Below, in pieces: positions 1 to 10,364 of a stretch of 64,000 bases of DNA. The stretch is from the IMG/VR virus record IMGVR_UViG_3300027777_000031, positions 25,864 to 89,863 of that record; one strand, given 5' to 3'. The DNA comes from a virus. The position numbers and the translations under genes were made by a program. Position 1 is the stretch's first letter. Every line of letters starts with the position of its first letter. The notes below the pieces were generated by a model. The model was not told the origin of the DNA. It saw only the letters and a program-made list of their open reading frames with translations, and did no database searches.

Positions 1-1
1 C

Positions 2-508
2 CTTAAATTGGTTTTCTAAATGAACAATCAATTCCTCAGGACTATATTGTAGAACATCAAAGTAATGTCCGTTCTTCTCCACATTACTCTCCTTTAAAAC
101 CTGATATATCGCAGTTCTGAAATTAGAGATTAGTTTATAGAGGGGGTCAGACGATTTACGATTTCTTTCGTAATCACGTTTTATTTGACGAATTTTATCT
201 ACATTATTTTCTCGGTACTCTTTAATATATTCATTCCATTTATCTTTGTTATTTTCATACCAAATTTTATGTTTTTTAGATAATTTTTCTTTATTTTTTT
301 CTCTGTATTTTTTATCAGCAACTTTTTTACCCCCAATATTTCTTCTACCGGATGGACCAAGAACAACACCATTATCTCTTAATGTATTTAGAACAATTGT
401 TTTATGTATTTTTAATTTTTCACTAATAGTGGGGGAACCTAATAAATCTTCAGTATAAAGTTTTATGATTTCACTGACCTGTGATTCTGTTAATTCTATT
501 TTTCTCAT
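2..508 (-). CDS. Putative HNH homing endonuclease, runs off the window edge
   Basis: Manual translation MRKIELTESQ...SDPLYKLISNFRTAIYQVLK...FDVLQYSPEELIVHLENQFK; resembles the pre-HNH segment of 41859..42572. Confidence 0.6.
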   Translation of the reverse strand, partial: MRKIELTESQVSEIIKLYTEDLLGSPTISEKLKIHKTIVLNTLRDNGVVLGPSGRRNIGGKKVADKKYREKNKEKLSKKHKIWYENNKDKWNEYIKEYRENNVDKIRQIKRDYERNRKSSDPLYKLISNFRTAIYQVLKESNVEKNGHYFDVLQYSPEELIVHLENQFK

Positions 509-561
509 ATTAATAAATATAATATATTTGTCCAAAAAATCAACTATAACAAAATTAAAAT

Positions 562-589
562 AAAAAAAAGGGACATATAGTCCCTTTTT
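562..589 (-). terminator. Intrinsic terminator after the capsid gene
   Basis: AAAAAGGGAC-ATATA-GTCCCTTTTT hairpin with A/T tracts; near-identical copy at about 4170-4197. Confidence 0.75.
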
Positions 590-611
590 GTTAAATATTT
601 TAAGATTTTGA

Positions 612-2459
612 TTATCTCAATTCTCTTAAATCGAATGTTCTAACACCATCAACAGTAATTCTTCCGTAAAAGCGATTGTTGACCATCTTCTTAGCGTAAC
701 GGGTCATAATACCTTTTATCGGTGTAAAGTTGAATGGGTTGTACATTGTTGGAGTTAATTGTAACGGTACATACGGTGCGTAGATGTATCCTGTGTCTAA
801 CAATGATGTTCCTTTGTGTCCTACTAACACTGTGTTAGCTGGGAAGTAAGGGTCACGGTAAACTTGGTAACGTCCTGCTAATGTTCCAACTCTCTCAATA
901 CCCATATTGTATTGGTCTTGCTCAGGAGACGCGTTAGATACGTGGAAGTATTCTAAATCGTCAAAGATAGCAGAGATTTCAGAAGAAACCACAATCCAGT
1001 TAGCACCACCTCTTAAAGTAGATTTGTGGATTTGAGCTGATAATTGGTTAATCGCTGTGATTAACGTTTGGTTCCAGTCTTTTTGAGTGTAGTTTGTAGT
1101 TGCAGAAATTCTTCTCCATCCGTTGTAATCCCATCTTAAAGTCCAAGCTGCACCTTTACGTAAATCTCTTAAGATTTCACGGTCGATTTCAGCCGCAACT
1201 TGTTCAGATAATAAAGCTGTTAATTCAGCTTCAGCATCGATGTTATGGAAAGCCGCAACGTCTTGAGCTAACTCAGGAGACCATTGTGCTCTTAATTTTC
1301 TTTCAGTTACAGAAACTGTTACAGAATCTAAGTCGAAAGAAACCTCACCGATTTTATCTTCGAATTCTAATTCTTCGTAACGTCTGAATACCGCTTTAAT
1401 GTTAGTTTGACTCGCTGATACACCACTCCAAGTAGCTGCTAATAAAGTAGCTCCTGAGTATCCATCAGGTGTTGATTGACTACAAGATACACATACAGGT
1501 ACTTGAGTATCAATTTCTAAGTAAATAGTACCTTGTGCAGAACAGATATTTTTGAATGAACCTCCATTACCATCTGATGCCCAAGAAGTTTGACTTGTAC
1601 TACCATATTGAACAATTCCTTGACCATATTTTTGAGTAACAACTCTAAATAATAAGTTAGTAAATGTATTTGTTCCTAATTGAGCCGCAACTGCCGCGTT
1701 ATCAGTATACAATTTAAGACCTGATAAGAATTCTTCAGTATCCATTTCTTGACCCATAGGACCAATTAATTTTCCATCACCTGTGTTAGAGAAACCTGAC
1801 ATAGCGATTAAGATTTTTCTAAATTCAGTGTTTGCTGTTGTAGTATATGCTGCAGGAATTAACGCTCCATTAGACCATTGTACTGTAGTACAAGATGCTG
1901 TAATAGCTGACCATCTACCTTTAGAATAATCAAATAAACCTTCAGGGTCTAAACCTGGTTCAGTTCCTTCGTAGAATAAATCATAAAGGTTTTTTTGGTA
2001 AGCACCTGTGTCAGTACCATAACCAGCACCCGGATTACCAGGATAGTTACCCGGAGAACCTACCGGTGCGTAGTGTTGACCTGAATTAGCCTCAATACCA
2101 TTTGCAGAAGTCGCTCCTGTATATCCTTGAATTTTAGGTACAAAGAAGAATAATTTACCGATTGGTAAATTCATTGCTTGTACAGATACGATTTCATTCG
2201 CTAATAATTTAGAGAATACTCTTCTTACGATAGGGAAAACAACAGTTTCAAAAGCTCCGTTAGAACCTTCACCTGTAGCTTCGTTTATCAAGAAAGACGC
2301 TTGGTTCTCATATAACTGAGCTACGTTTTCTCTCATATGTCCTTTAAGACCTTCTAGGAATCCTAATTTATCCCATTTGTTGATTGTGTCTTCTTTAATA
2401 ACTTTAAGGTGTTTTAACCCAATGTTACCTACAAGACCTGATTCTAATAATGCTCCCAT
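612..2459 (-). CDS. Major capsid protein, T4 gp23 family
   Basis: FPIVRRVF, VSVQAMNLPIG, RKLRAQWSPELAQD, IDAEAELTALLS, YAPYVPL, GIMTRYA motifs. Confidence 0.95.
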   Translation of the reverse strand: MGALLESGLVGNIGLKHLKVIKEDTINKWDKLGFLEGLKGHMRENVAQLYENQASFLINEATGEGSNGAFETVVFPIVRRVFSKLLANEIVSVQAMNLPIGKLFFFVPKIQGYTGATSANGIEANSGQHYAPVGSPGNYPGNPGAGYGTDTGAYQKNLYDLFYEGTEPGLDPEGLFDYSKGRWSAITASCTTVQWSNGALIPAAYTTTANTEFRKILIAMSGFSNTGDGKLIGPMGQEMDTEEFLSGLKLYTDNAAVAAQLGTNTFTNLLFRVVTQKYGQGIVQYGSTSQTSWASDGNGGSFKNICSAQGTIYLEIDTQVPVCVSCSQSTPDGYSGATLLAATWSGVSASQTNIKAVFRRYEELEFEDKIGEVSFDLDSVTVSVTERKLRAQWSPELAQDVAAFHNIDAEAELTALLSEQVAAEIDREILRDLRKGAAWTLRWDYNGWRRISATTNYTQKDWNQTLITAINQLSAQIHKSTLRGGANWIVVSSEISAIFDDLEYFHVSNASPEQDQYNMGIERVGTLAGRYQVYRDPYFPANTVLVGHKGTSLLDTGYIYAPYVPLQLTPTMYNPFNFTPIKGIMTRYAKKMVNNRFYGRITVDGVRTFDLRELR

Positions 2460-2494
2460 TTTTTTGGTTTTTATTAATTTTAATTTATTTATTT

Positions 2495-4051
2495 TTATTT
2501 TATTTTTGTCATTAAATCTTTCATTCTTAAGAACTGTGGATTCTCATATGTTTTAGATTCAATTAAGTTAACTGCTCCTGTAGAAGGTGATTTTGCAATT
2601 GTTCTCTCGATTGACTCATTCATAGATTGAGTTTTAGTTCCTGCAGATAATTCGTTTTTAACAACTTGATATAAATTTTTAGATTCTTTAATAGTTTCAA
2701 CACTATCAAATCTTCTTAAAATGTTAATTTTTTCTTGTTTTGATGTTGAGTGTTCAGTGAACAAACGTGTAGCGTAAGCTAAGTTTGAGTTGAATACCGC
2801 AACCTCGTTTAATTTACTTCTAAAAACATTAAGTGCTTTTCTGTATTCTTCATTTTTTTCTCTAAGAATTTGTAATTCTTTGTTTGAAGAACTTTCTTTA
2901 ATATTCGCATTAAAACTTGAATGAGCAAATGGTTTAGGTAAACCACCTTTTCTGAAATTAGACCCCATACCTAAAGTACGAACTCCTTCTTTAGTTTCAG
3001 ATTTTTTCACAATAGGTTTTTTTGTTACTTCTTCTTTAGACTCAACTTTTTTAACCATTTTGTTTTTACCTAATTTATTACCAGCGTTTTCACCTTCTTT
3101 ATATTCAAATTTAGGTTTTCCGGTAAATCTTGTAGGTTTAGCGTGGTCAGCGTGTTTCAACTTTGTTGGAGTTGCAAAACCATCACCTAAACTTGGATTT
3201 TTGTCGTATTTGAATTTAGATGGATTTCCAATGTTTTTACCAACAGGTTTTACAGACATTTTTTTAGATTCAGATTCGTAGATAGATTCATCCATCTCTT
3301 CTTCATCCTCTTCATCATCCATTTCGATTTCATAAACGATTTCATCGTCCATATCATCTTCTTCATCCATTTCAAAATCTTTGTAGTGTCCATCACGTCT
3401 TTTAAAATCGTGGTCATTTCCACCCCATTCTTCGTCTTCGTCGTCCATATCTTCATCATCAGAACTAAACATTCTTTCAACAATACTTTCGATAGTTTCA
3501 CCATCCATATCGTCTTCATCCATATCGTCTTCATCCATTTCTTCCCAAGACTCGTCCATTTCTTCTTCTTCACCTTCACCAACAATCATATACTCTTTAC
3601 CGGTTCCCTCATCTTTTAAGTGAGTGTTTCCTTTGTCGTCTTTTGTAACAACAATGTTATCATCCGGTCCCATAAGTTGAAATACTCTAAGTACTTCTTC
3701 ATCGTCAGCATCAGTTAAGTCGATAGTGTCTTCGTCGTCCATATCTTCTTCGTCGTCACCGTCTTCATCTGAGTCGTCAGTATCATCAGTATCAATTTCG
3801 TCACCGTCATCTTCTGCATCATCACCAAATTTAATATCGGCGATATCCTCAGAACCTTCAGGTCCTTCCATTTCAACGTCATCAGTTTCAACCTCATCAT
3901 CTGCTTGTTCAGTTAGAGATTCTTTTACTAGGTCTTTGATTTCTTGTTTCATAGTAGAAGCAAGTATTCCTTTTGCGTTTTCAGCTACCGCTTCTTCCAA
4001 ATTTTTCATTTGGATGATAGCCTCTTCAACTAAAGATTTTTCTTTTGCCAT
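2495..4051 (-). CDS. Prohead scaffold/core protein (gp22-like position)
   Basis: Very acidic, coiled-coil C-terminus, many L/I-x-E sites; lies between protease and capsid genes. Confidence 0.7.
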   Translation of the reverse strand: MAKEKSLVEEAIIQMKNLEEAVAENAKGILASTMKQEIKDLVKESLTEQADDEVETDDVEMEGPEGSEDIADIKFGDDAEDDGDEIDTDDTDDSDEDGDDEEDMDDEDTIDLTDADDEEVLRVFQLMGPDDNIVVTKDDKGNTHLKDEGTGKEYMIVGEGEEEEMDESWEEMDEDDMDEDDMDGETIESIVERMFSSDDEDMDDEDEEWGGNDHDFKRRDGHYKDFEMDEEDDMDDEIVYEIEMDDEEDEEEMDESIYESESKKMSVKPVGKNIGNPSKFKYDKNPSLGDGFATPTKLKHADHAKPTRFTGKPKFEYKEGENAGNKLGKNKMVKKVESKEEVTKKPIVKKSETKEGVRTLGMGSNFRKGGLPKPFAHSSFNANIKESSSNKELQILREKNEEYRKALNVFRSKLNEVAVFNSNLAYATRLFTEHSTSKQEKINILRRFDSVETIKESKNLYQVVKNELSAGTKTQSMNESIERTIAKSPSTGAVNLIESKTYENPQFLRMKDLMTKIK

Positions 4052-4218
4052 TGTTTTTATATAGTTTTTAATATATAAATATCTCCCAATATGAAAAAAG
4101 TTTAAATTAAACTTAAATCACATTAGGTTTTTTATACATTGATAAATATCACCATAAAATAAAAAGCATAAAAAAAGAGGACATATAGTCCTCTTTTATT
4201 TAATAATTAAGATTTTAA

Positions 4219-4428
4219 TTACTCAATAACTTCGTCGATTTTACTTTCAACAATTGATGTGATTCTCCACTCCATTGTGTAATGTTCAAAAACTTTAGTA
4301 ACTTTAGCCTCTACATCAGTAGGGTTGTAACCACTTACTAATTTTTCTTCTCTCATTTTTTTAATCTTTCCTGATTCGTTATCAACTGAATCTAAGGTAA
4401 CTTTTGCGATAAAATACTTTTCTTCCAT
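4219..4428 (-). CDS. Hypothetical protein, head module
   Basis: 69 aa ORF co-oriented with neighbours, followed by a terminator. Confidence 0.65.
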   Translation of the reverse strand: MEEKYFIAKVTLDSVDNESGKIKKMREEKLVSGYNPTDVEAKVTKVFEHYTMEWRITSIVESKIDEVIE

Positions 4429-4442
4429 TTTTTGTTATTTAT

Positions 4443-5168
4443 TTAGTATCCCAAATAATCGTTTAATTTTTTCATTAAGTCAAGCGATTTGTTTCCGGAA
4501 TCTCCAACGTGTCTTTCAACACTCATTTTTTTCTCTTCTTCTAAGTTCTCATCGTATAGATGTTTGTCATCTTTATTTAAGAATAGATATGCTCCCGGAG
4601 TTGAAGGTGACGATACTAAGTCAAAACAGATTAATTCAAAATCATCCTGTACTTCATTTTGTTCCCCAATTTTTTTAAGTGACCCTACACCTCTTGAAGA
4701 GATACCTAACGTAACTCCTTGTCTAAGGTAGTTAGCGGCTAAGTCACCTTTGGTTGACACAATCCCTCTTTCGTGGAATCCCGGTGAAGTAAGTAATTTA
4801 ATCTTACCCATTAGGACATTACCTTCCCACCATACTTCAGTGATTGCGTGAGATACTCTATCTAAATCGATTAGAGATGATTCAGGGTGATTTAACTCAG
4901 ATAGAGCAGTTCCCTTCTTAATCATTTTTTTATAGTTCTCAGCCTCTCTTTTTAATATACGTTCAGGATATGTTCTACCATTTCTATTTGGGGTGTCATA
5001 TTTTTGTAATACGGCATAAAATTCAAATGGTTTTGAGTGGTCTAACATTTCGTTAGATTCTCTAATTAAAGTTTCATTACGAGTATCATTTGGGTTAACA
5101 TACCCTGCATCGTATTCAACTAATATACCTTTTCCTGATTCGTTCGGTTGTAATATTCTTAAACTCAT
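4443..5168 (-). CDS. Prohead core protease, T4 gp21 family
   Basis: NRNGRTYP, ELNHP, RVSH, LGISSRGVGS, DLVSSPS motifs. Confidence 0.92.
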   Translation of the reverse strand: MSLRILQPNESGKGILVEYDAGYVNPNDTRNETLIRESNEMLDHSKPFEFYAVLQKYDTPNRNGRTYPERILKREAENYKKMIKKGTALSELNHPESSLIDLDRVSHAITEVWWEGNVLMGKIKLLTSPGFHERGIVSTKGDLAANYLRQGVTLGISSRGVGSLKKIGEQNEVQDDFELICFDLVSSPSTPGAYLFLNKDDKHLYDENLEEEKKMSVERHVGDSGNKSLDLMKKLNDYLGY

Positions 5169-5191
5169 TTCAAATGTTTTATTTATAAATA

Positions 5192-5662
5192 TTAAACATT
5201 CTCGGTTTGTAACGATTCTTCTATTAATTTGCTCTTTTTGGTTAGATAAAAATTAAAATTTTCATTGTTTAAAAAATTATCTTTAAAAATTTGATGTGTA
5301 ATTTGTTGTAACGATTCTTTGATTTCATTTCCTTTAAAATCCATATCTTCTTGGATTAGGTAAAAATTTATTTCAAGATTCATAAATGATTTTTTATTTA
5401 CATTTAGTCCGCTGGACCTTAAATCTAAATCTACTATAAATTTTTCATCAAAAATTTTTTTGTTTATTGTCTCGTAAATTGAGTGTTTGATACTTCTACT
5501 TAGGTTAAGGACTGTTCTTGTCCAATTATCACATTCATAAATTGGTTCGACCCAAGTTTGTATGTTTAAGTAGAGAGATTTGAGTTGGATTGAATCTACC
5601 GTTCCATATACAATTTTAGCTGTTTTGAATCCGTGTAGTAGAGAAGTTTTTCCCTTTTTCAT
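5192..5662 (-). CDS. Hypothetical protein
   Basis: 156 aa ORF in head operon. Confidence 0.7.
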   Translation of the reverse strand: MKKGKTSLLHGFKTAKIVYGTVDSIQLKSLYLNIQTWVEPIYECDNWTRTVLNLSRSIKHSIYETINKKIFDEKFIVDLDLRSSGLNVNKKSFMNLEINFYLIQEDMDFKGNEIKESLQQITHQIFKDNFLNNENFNFYLTKKSKLIEESLQTENV

Positions 5663-5756
5663 TAAATTTCATATTTTCCCGTTTATTTTTTAAAATAATA
5701 GGGATTTTTATGTGTAATGTCAAAACTTTTTTGTAGGAGGAAGATATATGTATTAT

Positions 5757-5951
5757 ATGATAATAGTAAAACTAAATAACAACGTAACGATTGAAAAGGC
5801 TTTAAAACTTTATAAAAGTAAAGTTATTAAGACTCGTCAAAGTGGGGAACTTTTTAAAAGAAAGGAATTTGTTAAGAAGTCTGTTATTAAGAGAAATGAA
5901 CTTTCTAAGGCTAAGTATGTCCAAAAAAAGTTCAATTCTGATAATGATTAA
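5757..5951 (+). CDS. rpsU: Phage-encoded 30S ribosomal protein bS21
   Basis: MIIVK...IEKALKLYKSKV...ELFKRKEFVKKSVIKR...AKYVQK follows the bS21 pattern; antisense to the structural genes. Confidence 0.85.
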   Translation: MIIVKLNNNVTIEKALKLYKSKVIKTRQSGELFKRKEFVKKSVIKRNELSKAKYVQKKFNSDND

Positions 5952-6667
5952 AGATTCTCTTTAAGATTCTTAAGTTTGAAGTACGTAAGTTTATCGTATT
6001 TTTCAGAAATCACTTTTGAAATAGTTTCATCAATTCTTGTTTGCATTGATTTATCAGTGCTAGCATCTTTCATTTCCGTTAGTTTCGTAACCACGCTTTC
6101 TTTGATTGTATTATATTTTTCATTCAATGTTGAATCGTCTTCTGATAACAAATCAATTAATTCTTTTTTATCCGATTCATTTAAACCATCAATATAACTT
6201 TTGATAGTTTTGTTTGCAACACTTACCATAGTTGATAATGGTAGGTCAATTCCTTCAGTTTTTGTGATTGGTAATTTTTTAAGAGATTCTGAAATAACTT
6301 TTCTACTTTTGATTTTAGATTCAATAGTTAAAACATCGTTAGAGAATAACGTATCAATATCTGTATAGTTATTTTCAACATTTTTATTTCCAACCCAAGC
6401 AACGATTTTGTTGATATCCGATTGTTTTATTTTGTTTACAGTATTCTCGTAAAGTTTAATACTCTCATTGATATAATCGTTACAGTAAGATTCACTTAAT
6501 GATTTTGGAGAACCCAATTCATCGTATAAGTAAAACAACTTGCAAATGTTTTTATTTTCAATAACAAGTTTCTTAAATGTTTTTAATTCGTTTTTGAATG
6601 TGTCGTTAGCGTATGATTCTAATAACACATTTTCTATTCTTGATTTTAGTAATCCAAAATTTTTCAT
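5948..6667 (-). CDS. Hypothetical head-module protein
   Basis: Helical 239 aa ORF downstream of portal, with L/I-x-E motifs. Confidence 0.7.
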   Translation of the reverse strand: MKNFGLLKSRIENVLLESYANDTFKNELKTFKKLVIENKNICKLFYLYDELGSPKSLSESYCNDYINESIKLYENTVNKIKQSDINKIVAWVGNKNVENNYTDIDTLFSNDVLTIESKIKSRKVISESLKKLPITKTEGIDLPLSTMVSVANKTIKSYIDGLNESDKKELIDLLSEDDSTLNEKYNTIKESVVTKLTEMKDASTDKSMQTRIDETISKVISEKYDKLTYFKLKNLKENL

Positions 6668-6689
6668 ATCTAATTTTTATTATAAATAT

Positions 6690-8570
6690 CTAATCTTTTA
6701 GAAGTTTACCTAATTGTTCTTCAATATCTCCTAAAGAATTTTTTCCTTTGGATAAATCAATGTATGATTCATCTTCGGTTAATGATGCACTCTCAACTAA
6801 AATTTTTAAATTATCTCTCTTAAATGACTCAGGAGTTACTTCACCACCCGGTGCTGGTGCCGGAGCTTCAGGTGCCGGAGCTTCAGGTGCTCCTGCTTCA
6901 GGTGCTCCACCCGGTTCAGGTCCACCTAAACTTTCCATTCCTCCTCCGAAGCCTCCTCCTCCACCAGGAGGTGGTGGTGGGGATGACGGTGCCGCTCCAC
7001 CTGCAGTTGTACCTGAAGGAGCGTTACCGTATAATTTATCAATATTATCAAAGATTCCCGTATGAGTAATAATAGTTGCGGTGTTTGCTAATTCAGCTCC
7101 TACAGCCATCTCAATTCTTTGTTGTTGTAAATCAAGTTTAATTTCCTCATCTGAGAATCCTAAAATATGTTTCTTAGCCCACGATACAGATACCGGAGCG
7201 ATTCCCGCAATTGCTGCAACACCTTGTTGGTATAACGCAATTTTTTCTTTCCAAAGTTCAATTTTTAATAAATCGGCTTGTGATGATGGATTTGTTAACG
7301 CTAGTGTAAAGTTTGATAATTCATCTTCAAAACCTAATAGAAATAAATGAATGATTGCAATTTTATTTAATTCAGCAATCATAGATTTTTGAATTTTATT
7401 AATTGTTCTTGCAAAACGAATATCCATTAAAGATAAATTTTTACCATCACCAGCAGTTTCCTCAAAACCTAAGAACGCTTTTGGAACACGAAGTGCTGTT
7501 AATAATTTCTTTTGGATATATTCGATATCGGCAATTTCAGATAAGTTTGTTGCTCCCGGTAATGTATCAATTGGTGATGCGGCCGCTGGGTCTCTAACAG
7601 GAATAAAGTAATCTTGGTCAACGGCCATTTGATTAAATCTCATATCCACATTACCTGTTTTAGAATCCACAACTTGGTCTCTTTTAAATTTGTTCGCCAC
7701 ACGTTGTACATACGCTTCAACATCTTTATCATCCATATTCCCAACGAATACTTTGAATACACGTCTTTCAGGGGCTCTTGATGTTCTATAGATTAACATC
7801 GCGTCTTCAGACAACAATAATTGTTTCCAAATACGTCTTGCTTTTTCTAACATAGATGTTCCGTATGGGAGTTTTCTGTCATCACCTAATAATCTAAAGT
7901 GAGCAATCTCCCAAGAGTTGAACTCCATATCTTTGGCTTTCCATTTAAATCTTAGTCCTTTATTTTCCGCAGGTTCTTCAATATTTGCAGATTTGGCCGC
8001 CATACCTCTTTCCAAACGCTCAATTTCAATGTTTGGTAATTGCATACAACCAACAATACCTTTATCAGAATCCAATTTTAAATAAACAAAGTTATCACCA
8101 TATTTACAAGTATTTCTTGTCCACATAGTTAAGTTTGTATTGATATCTAATACATTGTTAAATAAATCGGCTAGTATGGATTTTATTCTTTTTGATTCGG
8201 AATAAATTTGTAACATATAACCATTCTCATCAACAGTTGTTGATTCTTCACCATAAATGTCTAACGCCGCTGATATTTCAGGGGTATATTCCATTGACTC
8301 GTAATCATAGAATGAAGCTAAACGAGTTGGTTCATAATAAACGGCTTGAGTATATAAGTTACTTTCAATTTTAGTCCATTGATTAGATAAATAAAAAGTT
8401 TGTTGAGCTTGTAATTTTTCTCTTTCATATTCGGCTTGAGAAGTAGTTTTTAATAACTCTTTTTTGTCAAGCTTATATGTTGGGTAGTCTTGATTTAATA
8501 GGGAATTTGGACCAAAGGCTCTTGATAACCTCTGCCAAACCGTTAAATCGTTATTTTGATTATTTTCCAT
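6690..8570 (-). CDS. Portal protein, T4 gp20 family
   Basis: PEISAALD, QLLLSEDAMLIYRTSRAPERRVF, DYFIP, IDTLPG, LRVPKAFL motifs. Confidence 0.93.
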   Translation of the reverse strand: MENNQNNDLTVWQRLSRAFGPNSLLNQDYPTYKLDKKELLKTTSQAEYEREKLQAQQTFYLSNQWTKIESNLYTQAVYYEPTRLASFYDYESMEYTPEISAALDIYGEESTTVDENGYMLQIYSESKRIKSILADLFNNVLDINTNLTMWTRNTCKYGDNFVYLKLDSDKGIVGCMQLPNIEIERLERGMAAKSANIEEPAENKGLRFKWKAKDMEFNSWEIAHFRLLGDDRKLPYGTSMLEKARRIWKQLLLSEDAMLIYRTSRAPERRVFKVFVGNMDDKDVEAYVQRVANKFKRDQVVDSKTGNVDMRFNQMAVDQDYFIPVRDPAAASPIDTLPGATNLSEIADIEYIQKKLLTALRVPKAFLGFEETAGDGKNLSLMDIRFARTINKIQKSMIAELNKIAIIHLFLLGFEDELSNFTLALTNPSSQADLLKIELWKEKIALYQQGVAAIAGIAPVSVSWAKKHILGFSDEEIKLDLQQQRIEMAVGAELANTATIITHTGIFDNIDKLYGNAPSGTTAGGAAPSSPPPPPGGGGGFGGGMESLGGPEPGGAPEAGAPEAPAPEAPAPAPGGEVTPESFKRDNLKILVESASLTEDESYIDLSKGKNSLGDIEEQLGKLLKD

Positions 8571-8682
8571 ATTATAAATTTAATTATATTTTTTCTTATA
8601 TAAATACTTGATAATTCTACATTCCACTTCCGTCATAATTATCGGTTGTTAATATTTCTAAAATTGTTCCGTTATAAAAAAG

Positions 8683-10341
8683 TTAATCTTTTATTAATCT
8701 CACTGAGAGTCCATTAGCTTTACTAATTACACTACTATTGATATTAGTACTATTATAAGCAATATATCGGTAATAAGCGAATGTTAATATAAAGTCTGTT
8801 GAACTCCACCATAATCCCTGATTATTAATAAGGTTAAAGGATGTTGTACGTATTCCTCCACCAAACGCTGAAAATCCGCTAGAATTAGTTGCCTGATTAG
8901 GTGTTAACCAATGACAACCACCCGTTTCTTTCATTGCTCCACCAGCAGGACTTATTCCTCCTAAATAATTTACAAGAGTTGTCCATTCGGTATCAGAAGG
9001 AATGTGATAACCGGTTGGGGCCAACCCTCTTGGGTCAGTTACCGCATACCAATTGTATAATTTTCCGTAAGTTGTTCCTGTAACCGAATCATTGTTATAG
9101 TAACACCAAGCACCTGTGGTTAAATTATTCCAAGTTGTTTGGTCAGTAACTTGAGGAATTACATCACCGTTACGATAAGTTGTTACATCTAAATTACATT
9201 TTGACCACGTTTGAGTCCCAATTGTTATATCCTGTACCGTACAATTTGGGCACGGATTTAATGTCGGTGTAGGTGTAGGTGTTTTAGTAAGTGTAGGTGT
9301 AGGTGTTTGAGTCGGAGTTAAAGTATTCGTTGGTGTAAGTGTTGGCGTAGGTGTAGGTGTTGGTGTGTTTGTATTTGTAGGTGTCATTGTAGGTGTCATT
9401 GTAGGTGTAGTACTTGGTGTTGGTGTGTTAGTACTTGTTTGAGTAGGCGTTGGTGTTTGAGTCGGAGTTAAAGTATTCGTTGGTGTAAGTGTTGGCGTAA
9501 CCGTAGGAGTAACCGTAGGAGTTGGCGTAGTAGTTGGTGTAGAAGTAATCGTAGGTGTTGGTGTTGGTGTTAATGTAGGTGTTATTGTTGGAGTAGGTGT
9601 TGGGGTAGGGCAAATAAACGTACCACAAGCAGGAATATCGTCAAAATTTGTTATTATTGTTATTATACCATCCACAACTGTTACGACATAAAGAGGTGGT
9701 GTATATATATCCGGATTTGAGGGGTATGAATTAGGTCCATACACATAATTACCTGTGAATATTTCCGGAATCCCAAATGAATTGTAAAATTGTGTTCCAA
9801 CATTAAAACCAATCTTTGAATAATAATAAAACTCAGACCCATTTACTTGGACTAAAGGATTAAAGGCTTTAGTAAAGTAACATTTTACATCACCAACCCC
9901 TAACGAACTAAAATTCCAATTTAGTACCCCGCAAATCGTAGCACTATACGATAAAATCACAATTGAGTATGTAGGTATAAATGTTGGTGTAATACTTGGT
10001 GTTGGTGTTATAGTTTGAGTTGGAGTAAGTGTTGGAGTAAGTGTTGGCGTAATAGTTGGTGTAGGTGTTGGAGTCGGAGGATTACCTTCACTTATAGAAC
10101 TAGGTTTAGGAAAATGTTTTGTAATGTTAAGGTTATCTCCATTTTTAACATTAAAAATCCCTTGACCATTCACATTAAGTTTTGAGCCCGCAATAATATT
10201 ACCTGATTTTTTTCTACTAACAAAATCACCCCCCTTAAAATTGTTTTGAACAATTACTTGGTTTGGTTTTGTTTCTTGTGTTAAATCTAGATTTATACTA
10301 ACTGGAACTTCAATACTTCTCTTTCTATCTGAGATACCCAT
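8683..10341 (-). CDS. Pro/Thr-repeat protein with C-terminal FISUMP (Fib_succ_major) domain
   Basis: (TP)n linkers; [42 protein letters not shown]. Confidence 0.8.
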   Translation of the reverse strand: MGISDRKRSIEVPVSINLDLTQETKPNQVIVQNNFKGGDFVSRKKSGNIIAGSKLNVNGQGIFNVKNGDNLNITKHFPKPSSISEGNPPTPTPTPTITPTLTPTLTPTQTITPTPSITPTFIPTYSIVILSYSATICGVLNWNFSSLGVGDVKCYFTKAFNPLVQVNGSEFYYYSKIGFNVGTQFYNSFGIPEIFTGNYVYGPNSYPSNPDIYTPPLYVVTVVDGIITIITNFDDIPACGTFICPTPTPTPTITPTLTPTPTPTITSTPTTTPTPTVTPTVTPTLTPTNTLTPTQTPTPTQTSTNTPTPSTTPTMTPTMTPTNTNTPTPTPTPTLTPTNTLTPTQTPTPTLTKTPTPTPTLNPCPNCTVQDITIGTQTWSKCNLDVTTYRNGDVIPQVTDQTTWNNLTTGAWCYYNNDSVTGTTYGKLYNWYAVTDPRGLAPTGYHIPSDTEWTTLVNYLGGISPAGGAMKETGGCHWLTPNQATNSSGFSAFGGGIRTTSFNLINNQGLWWSSTDFILTFAYYRYIAYNSTNINSSVISKANGLSVRLIKD

Positions 10342-10364
10342 TTATTCTTTTTAAATAAATATTA

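Noticed and set aside
8683-9240. FISUMP domain as a diversity-generating retroelement target
   Set aside because: No reverse transcriptase and no template repeat visible in this window
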